DNA of 64,000 nt from the NCBI RefSeq assembly GCF_030028105.1, contig NC_092374.1, forward strand, positions 188,884,638 through 188,948,637. Reading direction: 5' to 3'. The notes beneath the pieces were generated by a model that was given only the letters and a program-made list of their open reading frames with translations, was not told where the DNA came from and ran no database searches. Below, in pieces: positions 26,701 through 38,800 of this stretch. How positions within the stretch are numbered: the first letter of the stretch is position 1; each line of letters starts with the position of its first letter. This DNA is from Mobula birostris (taxonomy: Eukaryota). The translations under genes were made by a program, and so were the position numbers.

Positions 26701-27630
26701 CCTACCTGGTGACATGGTACCTAAAGTTCTTAAGACCTGAACCCTTCCTTCCCAATGGCAGCAGTGAGAGAGAGCATGGCCGGGATGATATCCCATCTCC
26801 CCTCCCTTGCAGACTCTCACATGTCAGTTGTCCCCTCATCTACTCTCCTCTACCCAGCTCCCCCTCTCTCACCCATTCCTCTTTCCCTTTTTCCTTTCCG
26901 TTCTCCTGCCATATTATCAGATTTTTCTCCCCTTTCTAAACGTCTTTTCCTTCTTTCTCTAACATCCCACTTACCCCAGCCTTCTCACCCACCTGAAAGT
27001 TGTTAGTCCTCCTTCCAACCCAGGCTGCGTCCTGTTTCCAAAACGGGTATTACATTATCTCCTACTCTCTCTTTACCGTTTTCCTTCCTCCCCGACCTTC
27101 ATCGCCCCCTCTCTGCCCTCCCCACCCCCTCAAAGTTTCCCTTCTCCGTCTCCCTGTATTTTCGGCACTTACCCACCCGCCCCTCTCCCCGACCGCACGG
27201 CGGTGAGTTCAGGCGGGCGATCTCGCACCTTGTGCGCCTGGGCTGCCTCCTTTACCGGGATGACATTGTGCATCTTGTGCTGCGCAGACAGGCCACACAC
27301 CACGCAGATCATCTCCTGTTCCTCCTGACAGAACAGTTTCAGCTTCTCGTCGTGGTCCCGGCAGACAAACTCCTCCTTCCGCTCGACCGCCCCCACCCTC
27401 AGCTGCCTGACCTGCTCCGCGACGTTGCTCAGGATGTGAGCGGGCCTGGTGTTCCTCTGGGTGAACACCTGCCGGCACTGAGGACAGGAGACATCCCCCG
27501 AGACCCTCTCCCAAACCTGAGAGATGCACGTTGCGCAGAAGTGATGTCCGCACTCCAGAGAGACCGGATCGGTGAACACCTCCAGACAGACGGGACACGT
27601 TAATTCCTGGACCAGGTTTGCAGAAGCCAT
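14196..27630 (-). CDS. TRIM E3 ligase copy B, complete RING/B-box/coiled-coil/PRY-SPRY protein, 466 aa
   Basis: Exons 27630-27229, 25679-25584, 21044-20811, 18209-18187, 17201-17083 and 14722-14196 total 1401 nt, with GT-AG boundaries, compatible phases and no internal stop. Confidence 0.92.
14761..15332 (+). mobile_element. Penelope-like 3' fragment inserted ~40 bp before exon 6 (shared by copies B and C)
   Basis: GIY-YIG remnant, flanked by duplicated tggaac. Absent in copies D and E. Confidence 0.75.
17083..17201 (-). CDS. Copy B exon 5 (linker, 119 nt)
   Basis: TTTGTAG|G-CELSVSSPG...YLKVWKEMRAVVSP-G|GTACC. Confidence 0.88.
18187..18209 (-). CDS. Copy B exon 4 (23 nt)
   Basis: Identical to copy A exon 4, with the same splice sites. 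Confidence 0.85.
18790..19500 (-). mobile_element. Degenerate CR1 LINE ORF1 (esterase-type) fragment
   Basis: VVIGVSIVGG..FCG..CCLPGTRV and VPLDNKYTAL motifs. Confidence 0.6.
20160..20740 (+). mobile_element. Degenerate CR1 ORF1 end/ORF2 start fragment
   Basis: Homologous in inverted orientation to 23560-23830; VVI.GL.P and L..LNA.. remnants. Confidence 0.55.
20811..21044 (-). CDS. Copy B exon 3 (coiled-coil, 234 nt)
   Basis: AEFEKMHQFLREKQQQMEAEL with AG/GT boundaries. Confidence 0.88.
21700..23830 (-). mobile_element. Degenerate CR1 LINE ORF2 (endonuclease + RT)
   Basis: Broken frames with LKVLYLNA, KGKS.LTNLLEF and DVVYLDFQKA motifs. Confidence 0.85.
25584..25679 (-). CDS. Copy B exon 2 (96 nt)
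   Basis: EKLEESLKLLQGQMNQSVRSKQEGEDMIQRLK, donor GTAAGA. Confidence 0.88.
26320..26632 (+). mobile_element. CR1 LINE 3' end
   Basis: FSQRVVNLWNSLP-type coding remnant and a ctcctatttcttatgttcttatg tail. Confidence 0.7.
27229..27630 (-). CDS. Copy B exon 1 (RING + B-box2)
   Basis: Intact C3HC4 RING and B-box, 402 nt. Confidence 0.93.
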
Positions 27631-27655
27631 CCTGGTCCTCTCTCTCCTACTAGGA

Positions 27656-27713
27656 ACTTTCAGTTTCAATTCTGAGTAAGAGTTGCACTTCCTGTTTTGA
27701 CCCCGTGTCACCT
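27656..27713 (-). promoter_or_regulatory. ISRE (GAAACTGAAAGT), ETS site (CAGGAAGTG) and DR4-like element 26-83 bp upstream of the copy B ATG
   Basis: actttcagtttc at 27656-27667 matches the GAAANNGAAA consensus; cacttcctg at 27686-27694; tgaccc-cgtg-tcacct follows. Confidence 0.5.
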
Positions 27714-30700
27714 CCGAGAGGCTGCAGACGTGGAATTGCTGTTGGTTTATTCTGCCACAAGTACCGAGCTTGTCTTGCAGACTCTTCACACAGATCAGAC
27801 TATTTCACCGCGTGTGGAGGTAGAGAATAACAGAATGCAGAATGAAGTGTAACAGCTACAGAGAAAGTGCAGAGCAGGTCAGCAATAAGATGGAAGGTCA
27901 TAACGAGGAAGATCGGGAATTGAAGAGTCTGTCCTTACTTCTTTCTGCAGATGCGCAATAGAGAGCGTTATCACCTGTATCACTGAATGGTGTGGAAGCT
28001 GCACTGCGGCGGGCCGAAGACGCTGTCACGGCCAGTCGACAGCATCCTTCACGGACATCTTGATGTGCCGGACAGTAAAAGCAGTTAAAATTATGTAGAG
28101 GAGGGGTAACACAGAGGAATGGAGGTTGTTTCTACTGGTGGGTGAGGCTGCTTTTCCCAGACAGTGGTGAATTTGTGCAATTATTTGCCCCGTGAAGCAG
28201 TGGAGACTACCACATTAAGTAAATATTTAAGACACAGTAACATACATGTTTGCATAGCGGGGGGATTTGGGTGATGGGGGAAAGGCAGGTTGGAGGAGGT
28301 GGAGCTCTCTCATACAAGATCGAGGGTCTCGGTACTCTCTTCCTCAAAGTTGATGGAAGTGGAGTCTTTGAAGCAATTTTAAGACGGAGGCAAAAGGTTG
28401 CTGTGATCAGGTGGGACTGCAGAGTTGAGTTGATCAGCTACCTTTTTGATCGAGGAACAAATTTATTCACCAGATACATTTACATGTATTAGGAATTTGC
28501 TGTGGTGTGTTGATCAGGACTTGACATGCAACAGAAAACCAGCAGCATTCAACAACAATAAACAATTATGTAAACAGTAAAGTTAGAGGTGAAATACGAA
28601 TATGAAATAAAATGTGTGTAAATGCATAAATGCCAGCTTGTATTTACAATGTAAACAGGTGATTAAAAAGTGCCTGGGGGCTTTACAGTGCAGTGCAGTG
28701 ACGGGTGTAATAGACAGAGGAGGTGTGGAGGATCAGATTAACTGTATAACGGCAGAAACATTTTTTACGTGGAGTGAAGTTTTGTTTGAATAGCCCTTTG
28801 GAGCTCAATAGATTTTTCTGCCTGCTTCTTTGTTCTCGACACATGCAAATACGGGAATACAGGACTGAGCGGACAAATGGTATTATTTTGAGCCTGTGGT
28901 GACGGAGCTTGGTGTCCTGATGAAGGATCTCGGAATGAAAAATCGACTGTTCACTCTATTCCAGATGTTACCTAATCTGCTGAGTTCTTCCAGCATTTTG
29001 TGAGTCTGTTGCCGAGGCTCACTGTGGTCATATTCCATACAGTCACCAGGTGGCAGTATTGCACTTACTGTTCTGATCCTGTGCGACCCGTGAGAAGGCT
29101 GAACACGTGGAAATGATAATGCCACAAGTACGGGGACACAGAGAAAAAGGTTGCCTTGCATACTGTTCAGACAGACAAAATATTACAGCATGTATAGAGC
29201 CAGAACAATCACAAAACACAGATTAAAGTTACAAAGATAGCAGTTGCAGAGAAACACACACAAAATGCTGGAATAACTCAGCAGGCCAGGCAGCATTTAT
29301 GGTAAAGAGTGCAGTCGACGTTTCAGGCCGAGACCCTTGCTTGTGTAACATGCTGTAAGGTTTCACTGCTAGTGTAATGATTTCTCTGTAGCAGCAATGT
29401 TTGGGTTATGACTAGAGATAAAGGGGTTTTGAATGTTGAGGTATCTAATGAGAGAAATGTTGTTCTTTCTTGTGAGTCTGGAAGAGAGATTTTTGCGGTC
29501 TTTTGCTGGGGAGAGATGTGTTTGCAACATAGTTTCATTTATCTTGGGCACTCTAGACTTTAGTGTAGAAGAGGGAGAGGTGAGTGATTGGATTGGTATT
29601 GGCTTATTTTTCTCACATGTGCTGAGGTGCAGTGAAAAGTGTGACCTGCATACTGTTCATACAGATTAAATCATTACAGAGTGCATTGGGGTAGAATAAG
29701 GTGAAACAGTAACAACTACATTGAAAATCCAGTGCAGGTGGACAATAAGGTACAAGATCATGACAATTGTCTCAGGGTAGACAACCTGTCACAAACCAGG
29801 CTCCACAATAGGAGGACTGCCTGACCCCACCCCGGCATCAGATGTTGGTGTTTCTGTCTGCCCTTTGTGCCGTGTGGAACAACCAAAGGAACTCTAAGTG
29901 AGTCCCAGGCCAGCCAGCCAGGATTGTCACTCGAGCGGAGAGAAGTCTGTGATTGTTGGTGGTGCCCAGAGATTGGTGCTTGCAGACCTGTGTGGGGTTG
30001 GGCATTGACATTGATGTTCTCCTCTCGTAGGATTAATGAGAGGTTGGGAAGGAAAACCAGAGTGCAGGTGTCTGAAGATATCAGCGAGTTGTTGGACAGG
30101 AAGAGATTACAAGATAGTGAGGAAGTGATGTTGTGGGAGGGATTTGAAAAGAAGAGGTTGGTGAAACATTTCCAGTCTAGGGGGGCAGTGTAGCTTGGTG
30201 AGAGTGGAGATGACAACACTGTTGTTGTGGGGATGGTCATCCCATAACTCTGGAGTTAGAGGTGTTGTCACTGAGATGAGACACAGGAGGAGTCTTGGCA
30301 GGAATATCACAAACAAGGAATGTATGTGGTGGGGGTTGGGGTAAGAAGACATTGAACTCTGTAGATTTAGCCTCTCCTTTAAAAGTCTTCAGACCCCCAC
30401 CCCACCTGTTTTACAGGCTCCACACCTTCAGGTACATTATCTGTGCAATACAGTGTTCATCAGCTCATTATCTTCTCCATGCATCCACTGACATCTGGAG
30501 AGTTTCATATTGGGATTGGAATTCTGGAGATACTGGGAATTAGGGAGTATCTTCTCAACATCCACTGTCCAATTGCCCAATTTCTGATCTGTACACAGTG
30601 AACACTCCCCATCCTCAGCTCTAACATGATAGGTACATTGGGAAAGTTACCTGTACTGTGGAGGGGTAAGGCAGCCTGGTGAGGGTATTAGAAACACAGA

Positions 30701-32359
30701 CTGCAAAACAGTTATTGGGAAATCTTTGGGTGCAGTGAGGCAGGGGAAGGGGTAGTGGTGAATAATTCAAATGTGATAGAGAAAATGATCTAGAAAAATG
30801 ATACTGGAAAGGTGTTTTCATTGATGGGGAAATCAAGAAGGGAGAAATCCCTCTCGCTGGAGCAGGCCAGCAACTTCAAATTCCTGTGCTAACATAGATG
30901 ACTTATTCTAGGCTCAGAACATAAATACAATCACAAGGAAGGTGTGTCAGTGTCTTTACTTTATTAGGAGGTTCAGATTGTCATGAAACAGTTTAACAAA
31001 CTTCTACATATGTCCGGCTGAGCGTATCCTGTGGTTGCATTATGGTCTGGTACAGCAATTCAAACATGCAGGAATGTTGGAAGCTGCAGAGTACTGGACC
31101 CTGTCCAATACATCACTGACACACCCCACCCCACTTTGGTCGTACTTACATGAGACACTGCCTCAAGGCGGCAAAATCTGTCACTGACGATCCTGACTGT
31201 CCAAGTCATCTTCTTGCACCTACCATCAGACAGGAGGTACAGAGACCTGAAGTCCCACACCACCAGGTACAAGAACAGTTACTTTTCTTCAACCAGTCAG
31301 GTGTTAAAACAACCTGCACAACACTAATCACTCCAGATTAGCAAAACCTGAACCGTTCGATCAATTTGCACCAAAATGGACTTTGTTTTTCTTGTCCTCA
31401 TATTGTGTTCCTCCTGTAAATACTGTGAATAATTTATGCTTGATTAGTTTCCCTTGTGAAAGCTGTTTCTATGATTGCAAGTGCCTGTGTTGCTGCCACG
31501 GGTTTTTCATTGCAGCTGTGCAGACATGTACTTGTGTACGTGACAATAAACTTGACTTTGACTTTGACAAATGTAGACCTCATCCTGGGACTGCATTCCC
31601 AGTACATTTCATCACACAAAACGTCCTGGATGTGTGGAACACTCTGAAAGGTGCTGAGGTCATCATAGAAGACTATGGACACATTCAAGCCCTTTTCACA
31701 GACTTTCTGAGTTCCACTTTGGTTTCACTGGGCTTTAAGGATCTCTGCTCAATTTGACCAGACTCCCTGTCTTTCAGTGACACTAGGGAGAGAAGTTAAC
31801 GATCGAGGGCTTGTCTCTTTCAGAATGAGGCAGCAATCTCCCCAAAAGCTGAGAGGGAACAGCTTCCCTGTCCTTGCTCTAGCTATGAGCCCGAACCTCC
31901 ATCTCCCATTTTGTTCCCATTCCGTTCACTGTTTCCCCAACGTAACCAGCTCAGACACACTGTCAGTTCACTCTGCAGGTTAAGTGTTTATTACACAAGA
32001 GAATATCTGCACATATTCACACTGATTGCTAGAATCAGATATCACAATTCCAGAGAACAGTCCACTTCCAACACAATGTGCACCTGAACTGCTGTCAGTA
32101 GGAGACAGTGTGAGAGAGCAGGGAAGGAGACAAAGAGTCAAATTTACAGATTAGACATCAATATAAACATCCTCACCTGTCAGTAGCAATGGCAGAGAAT
32201 CAGTTCTCACATGCTGGTCTGGACCTGAAACATTAACTATGTTTCCCCCACTGCTGAGTGCTCTGGCTTTTTCTGGTTGTATTTCAGAGAATCGGTGCAG
32301 TGAGATCTGCTCAGTGGGTCCAGAGAAGTCTGAGACCTCAGAGAACATGTCCCACTGTG

Positions 32360-32886
32360 TTAAGTGGTGCGCAGTGTGAGTGGTTCAGAGTTTTTGCCTG
32401 ATTTGTTATTACATGGATTTAAGATGAGATAAAGTTTCTCAGTGAAACTGTCTGTGTAAGTGTGGATGTGACACAAATTGTCAGCATTGTAAAATGACAC
32501 TTGGCCCCGCTCGTAATCCAGGTAAACACCCAGTTTTTGAAGTTTTATTTCCAGATGGGAGATAACATTTGGTATCTTCACTGCATTAGAAGAGACACCA
32601 ATAACCCACTGTCCCTGTTCCAGTGTGTTGGAGATATCTCCATTCCTGTTTAGAGACTCTGTGCGGACACCCACAACCCAGCTATACTTATTTCCAACAC
32701 ACACCTCCCAATAGTGCCTCACAGATGTGAAACTCTGTGAACTCAGAACACAAAAATCTTCTACAAATCTTCTCGGGTGATCCTGATGATTTTGTTTGGT
32801 GGTCAAGTACTGCACAATCATCAGGTCCTGAGAGGGGACGAGCTCATTGTGAGCTGTATCCAGGTCCAGTGTTAGCCGCTCTGGCA
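32360..32886 (-). CDS. Copy C exon 6 (PRY-SPRY/B30.2)
   Basis: LTLDLDTAH..RHYWEV..LDYERGQVSFYN motifs. Confidence 0.93.
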
Positions 32887-35800
32887 CTGAAACAAAACAG
32901 TTACTGTGAGAAAACTAAATGGAACCTTCCAGCTAGGATGACACTTCACCTGTAAGTCTGTTGGGTTTATATACCGTGTCCAGTGCTCCCCATGTGGTCT
33001 CCTGTATATCGGTGGCCTCCTATATACCAACATAGATTGGGAGACCATTACACTGAGCACTTAGACTCCATCCGCCAGACAAAGTGGGATCACCCAGTGG
33101 TTCTCCCTCGACTGTCTCGATGAGACCACACTCTGGTTGGAGGAACAACACCTTATATTCAGTCTGGGTAGTCTCCAACCTGATGGCATGAACATTGATT
33201 TCTCAAACTTCCAGTAATGTAACCCAACCCTCTCCTTCACCATTCCCCATCCCCTTTTCCCCCTCTCAACTTATATCCTTGCCTGCCCATCACCCCTCTC
33301 TGGTGCTCTTCCCACTATTCTTTCTTCCATGCCCTTCTGTCCTCTCTTATCGGTCATCCTTCCCCAGCCCGGTATCTCTTTCACCAATCAACTTCCCAGC
33401 TATTTAATTCATCCCTCCCTCTCTAGGTTTCACCTATCACCTTGTGTTTCTCTCTCCCCTCCCCCACCATTTAAATCTACTCCTCGTCTATTTTTTCTCC
33501 AGTCCTGCCGAAGGGTTTCAGCCCGAAATGTCAACTGTACTTTTTTTCCATAGATGCTGCCTGGCCTGTTGAGTTCCTCCAGCATTTTGTGTGTGTTTCT
33601 TGGAACTGCCAGGATCTGAGCTGACAGGGATGACCATCGTCTCCTCCCTCAGCCCAGGAAGTGTGGAGCCCCTGGAGGAGATTTCAATCCCCACTGCTCC
33701 CTCCGTCCAATTTAACACCGTACAACGTCACAGCGATTTATTTTTTACAGGGTAGTTCAATCCCCTTCCTCTGCCCAGCTGACTGTATTCTATGATGTTT
33801 TATGTGGTTGCAGGGCTCTTTTTAAAAGCTAAACAGGACAAGCCATGACAGCTGCATTCCCAGTGACACAGCAGCCCATGAGGGGCCAGGGCCCAGTGGA
33901 ATTTTATTATTTAAACTGCAGATGCTGGAGATGTGAACCCAAAACAGAAATGTATCAGTACAGGCAGCGTTTCCCATGGTAGGGCGATCAAAAACAAGAG
34001 GGTGGAGGTTTAAGGGGAGAGGAAGGAGATTTAAAGGTGATATGTGGGGTAAGTGCTTTACACAGAGAGTGCTTGCTATCTGGAACGTTCTCCCAGAGGA
34101 AGTGGTGGGATCAGATACAATTGCCAGGTTTAAGAGACATTTAGACAGACATGTGAATAGGCCAGGCACAGAGTGATATGAGCCAAATGTAGGCACGTGG
34201 GATTAGTGTACATTAGATGGCCAGAGTGGACTGAAGTCTTGCTTCTGTACAGTAGAACTCTACAACTCTGTGAATAACCAGGACTGGGAAAAAAAAATCG
34301 AAAAATGCAGATGCTGGAAATTTGAAATAAGAACAGAGAATTCTGGAATAATCAGATCAGGTTGGAATTGTGAAAGGAGTGTGGAAAAACTGTGAATTGA
34401 TGTTTAAGGTTGTAACAATGATCTATACTTACAAGTTGATTTGTGGCAAATTCAGCACCAGATATCAGAGGGTATAACTACTTGAAACTACAGGTCAGTG
34501 TCAGAATAAAGGGCAAAACCTTCGGATTTGAGAGGAGGAGAAATTTCTTCTCTCGGAGGGAGTTGAACCTCAGGAATTCTCTTTTCGCAGAAGCCAATTC
34601 TGTTTAAGTCACAGAATTTATGAAGGATGGAGGTGGATCAATCAATAGGTATGAAATGTATCGGGGGTAATCTGAGAGATGAGGGATGGTGGAACAGACC
34701 TGATGGGCCGAGTGGCCTTATTCTGCTCCTATGTCTTATGGTCTATTAGGAGAGAGCAGGACCAAGGTATTGAGACTGATGATCATCCATGATTGTGTGT
34801 GTGGATCAGTGACGATGTTTGCATGCTCCTGTGTTGGCTGATAAATGTGATGGATGTGCTGAGTTGGGCTTCAAATGTCCTGAAGGTTTCCACTGGGCTG
34901 CACAACAAGGGACAACCTGGAGAGTATCCTTGGAAACACTGGCTGGGAGATGCAATGGGTTCACCTGTAAGCTGCCTCTTTGGAGGCAAAACTTTGAGTA
35001 ATATGTATTGTCAAAGGTGAGTTAACCCTAAGCTGAGCGTTCCAATCCATGAATCAGTGATGGAGGGAACTGAAGGTGCCTCAACTAGGGATGAGGTAGG
35101 GAAGGGTGTTGGGGAGGTTCTGGATGCATTACAAGACAGTGCATATGTCAGGTTGTGTGTGTCAGAAGCAGAAATGTTGCACACACTGAACACATGGCTG
35201 ATAATCAGAATCAGAATCCTTTAATATCGCCAAATATGTGGACACATACAGGGAATTTGATGCTGGTTTCCCTGAGCTCTCGCTGTACAGAATTGAAAAT
35301 CAAACAAAACAATAATGCAAATAGTCGTGAACTATATACAATGAGGTATACCTGTGTATGTACAGGTGGACTTGGTTTATAATAGACTAAAATTCAAGTG
35401 TTCATAAGACTGATGGCATACGGAAAGAAACTGTTCTTGTACCTATTTGTCCTGGCACACGGTCACCTAAAGCGCCTACCAGAAGGAAGGAGTTGGAACA
35501 GGTGATGTCCAGGGTGTGATGGGTCTACAATGATGCTGCTTGCTCGCTTCCTGACTCTAGATGCACATAAGTCCTGGATCGAGGGCAGCTTCACACCAAT
35601 AATCCTTTCCTCAGCCCTGGCGGTTCTTTGGAGTCTATTCTTGTCTTGTTTGGTAGCTGATCCAAACCAGACAGTGATGGACGAACAGAGAACAGACTGG
35701 ATTATTCCTGAATAGAATTGAATCAGCAGCTCCTGAGGCAGGTTGTACTTCCTGAGTTGACGTAGGAAATACAACCTTTACTGAGCCTTTTTGATAAGAG

Positions 35801-38800
35801 TGTCCATGTTGGGTGTCCACTTCAGGTCCTGGGAGATTTTGACACCCAGAAACCTGAAGGTCTCCACAGTAGACACAATACTGTTGAGTATAGTGAGTGG
35901 GGGGAGTATTGGGGGCTCCTCCTGAAGTCATAAGGAGTGGTAACTAATAAATGCAGAGGCTGGCATCTGGAGTTTCTAGAATTACAGTAGAGAAGGTGGG
36001 GCAGTGGGGAGAAGGGGAATTACAGAGAAAGAGAAAGATACCTGGTGAAACCACGGCTCTCATTTCCTTCCACACTTTGAGAGATCTCAATCTTCCTTCA
36101 GCCACATCCTCAGGAAGATCGACAGACACCACTCCAGGACTGGAAACTGGCAACTCACACCTACAAGGTCAGGGACAGGAATTAGTGACACACATTACCA
36201 AAGACTCTGTCCGCACTTCTCACTGCCTCAGTAAAGCAGCCAACATCATCAAAAACTCCACCCACCCTGTACAGTCTCTCTTCTCCACACCCCTCCCATC
36301 AGAGAGAAGGTACAAAATCATCAAAATCACCAGGCTCAGGGAGAGTTTCTATCCTGCTGTTGTAAGACTATTCAACAGCCCCATTGTATGATATAATGGA
36401 CTGAAGACCTCACCATCCATCTACCACGTCACGGCCTTGCAGCTTATTGTCTGCCTGCACTGCACTCTCTCTGTAAATGTAACACTTCATTCTGCACTCT
36501 TTTGCTGTTTTCCATTGTAATACAATACTGTGCAAAACTTTAAGGCACATTTATACAGCTAGAGTCCCTAAGATATTTGCACAGTACTGTAGTAATTTTC
36601 TGTATTGCACTGTACTGCTGCCGCAAAGGAAAAACATAACAAATTTCTGGGCATATCTGAGTGATGATAAACCCGATCCTGGTATGGGTTTCTATTGTTG
36701 ACTGAGAGTGGGAAGGGGACAGGGAGAGGGGAATCCTGGTTGGGACAAGGGGAAAGGAGAGGAGATGGAGCAGGACGCACCAGAGAGACATTCTGTAACG
36801 ATCAATCAAGGAATTGTTTGAAATCAAATGACTTTGCTTGGTGTCTCAGGGCTGGGTACATCTGCACCTGTGTCACCATCCCTCAGCACTCCTCCTGTCT
36901 CACCTGTGCCACACACTTCCCATGACTCTCCATTCTCTCCACTCCCAACACTCTTTGCTCCCACCACACTTACAAACTCGCTCTCCACTCCATGTTAACA
37001 TAATACTGTGTACAATGCTCTTTTGAGTAGAAAATAAATTTTTAGTTGACCTTTCTTGGGGGAGAAAAAAAACAGTTAAGCTTAGCTTACTGTTCTTGAA
37101 ATTACTCTTCCTTTCTCTTGCATAAATTTTAAACAACTCATAAGGCAATCATAATAAATGTCTCAGTTCTGGGTCGAACTTGATATCAGCACACATGGAT
37201 TTCACCTTCAACTAAAATGAGACAAACTCTATCCTTACTCGTGATGCTTGTTAAACAAGAAAAAGCTTGCTGACACATGTAAGAAGTTGAAAACTGCAAC
37301 AAAATATTCATTGCATTCCAATGAATGGCTTGAAACTTTTCTTTCACAGAAATCCAGAACTTGTCCCGGGGCAGGTCAGTAAATCTCATCTTGAGTGCAC
37401 GATCAGACTGCATCTCACAAAGTTCTTCCTCTTCTCTCAAAGTCAAGTTCTCAGGCTGAGCAGAAGATTCAGGGAAACGGTCCCTCACCTAGTCATGCAC
37501 TTGTGTTGAAAGGGAGGAAAAATACTCTTCAATTTTGTTCTGCAGTTATTCCAGGTGGTTTTCAAAAAGACTCGTGACTTTCTGATATCCTTCCTCACAC
37601 TCAAGCACAAGCAGCTGTGGAAACATTTCAAGGTTTTTGCAACATGATTTTTCCAAAGATTCAGTTTCCTTTTAAATCTAAGATTCTTGTCACTTGAAGT
37701 CTCCAGTGCTTTGCAGAGACTTGTTTAACTGGTTCATACGATGAAGAATTTCTGTTAGTAGGCTAGTTTATGCAGCAGTTCTTCATCTTCAAAGCACTCG
37801 GCAAAATCTGGCCTATTATTTTCTTGAAATCACTCCTGCAATTCAGCTTTCAGCTTAAACACCCTGTTGAGAACTTCCTCTGTGAAGCCACTGGATTTCC
37901 ACATGTAACAGGAGACTGGTTTGCTCTTTGTTGAGGTTTTCACACAGTTTTTCAAACATTCTTGAGTGCACTGGTCTTAAAGCTACTAAATAAGTTGCTT
38001 CCTGTATTATTTTACTGACTAAGACTTTATATTCAAAAGCTGGAATCTCTTTGATTTCAATAGTCATTTAAGATAATCAGCACTTTTATGTTTCATACAG
38101 TTGTGATTTGTCATTAACTGTCTTTTCAATTTTGCTGGAGCCATTGCTACATTTGTAAGTTGTTTGCCCAGACTAGGCACAATGGAATCGGACAACTTGG
38201 ATCACCAGTCCGTGTAAAACCCATTGATAGGTAGTTTGAATGTAAAGATGGACCTTTATTTGTGTCCATTGTTGCACTAGTGCAGTGAAATGACTCAGAA
38301 GATTGAAATTCTTCACCATTAACCCTATCAGGATTGTCCGTAGGCCTAGGCTAGAATCCTCCTCTTCCATCTCATACCTCCTCTTCAAAAATCACCACAC
38401 TGGGCCATCTATAGAATGAAAATTTCCGTCCAATTTTCTACTACACTGGTAATTTGGTTGCTCCCGTCAGTCAGTCAGTTGTGTGTCAAGGGAAGTTGAG
38501 GGAGGTAACTCTGGAGGGAGAGGCTGGCGTCACGGCCCAAGTTGGGCGTCTCTATTCAATACTTGGAAAATGCACTTCACATTCAACAGACTACCAGCCT
38601 CCCCTCTGAAATACAACGCTCACCAGTAATCAGCCTACCATACTACCATCCATGCACTGCAATGCTCACCAATTATTAGCCTACCGTCCTCCCCTCCATG
38701 TAATACAGTGCTCACCAATTATCAAACTAACATCTTACCCTCTGTGTAATACAGTGCTCACCAGTTACAAATGACCTCCCCTACCTCATGTTAAAAACTG

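Noticed and set aside
27631-27789. N-terminal extensions of exon 1 ORFs from alternative start codons
   Set aside because: They rely on non-ATG starts and differ among copies; the MAS/MAF ATG is conserved with good Kozak context.
30650-30700. Possible 50-nt non-coding exon in the intergenic spacer (also ~51781 and ~61327)
   Set aside because: Splice-like motifs only; the donor varies and conservation is no higher than the flanks.
31683-31696. 14-bp antisense match to exon 4 (attcaagccctttt)
   Set aside because: Not retained in paralogous flanks and has no splice context; likely chance.
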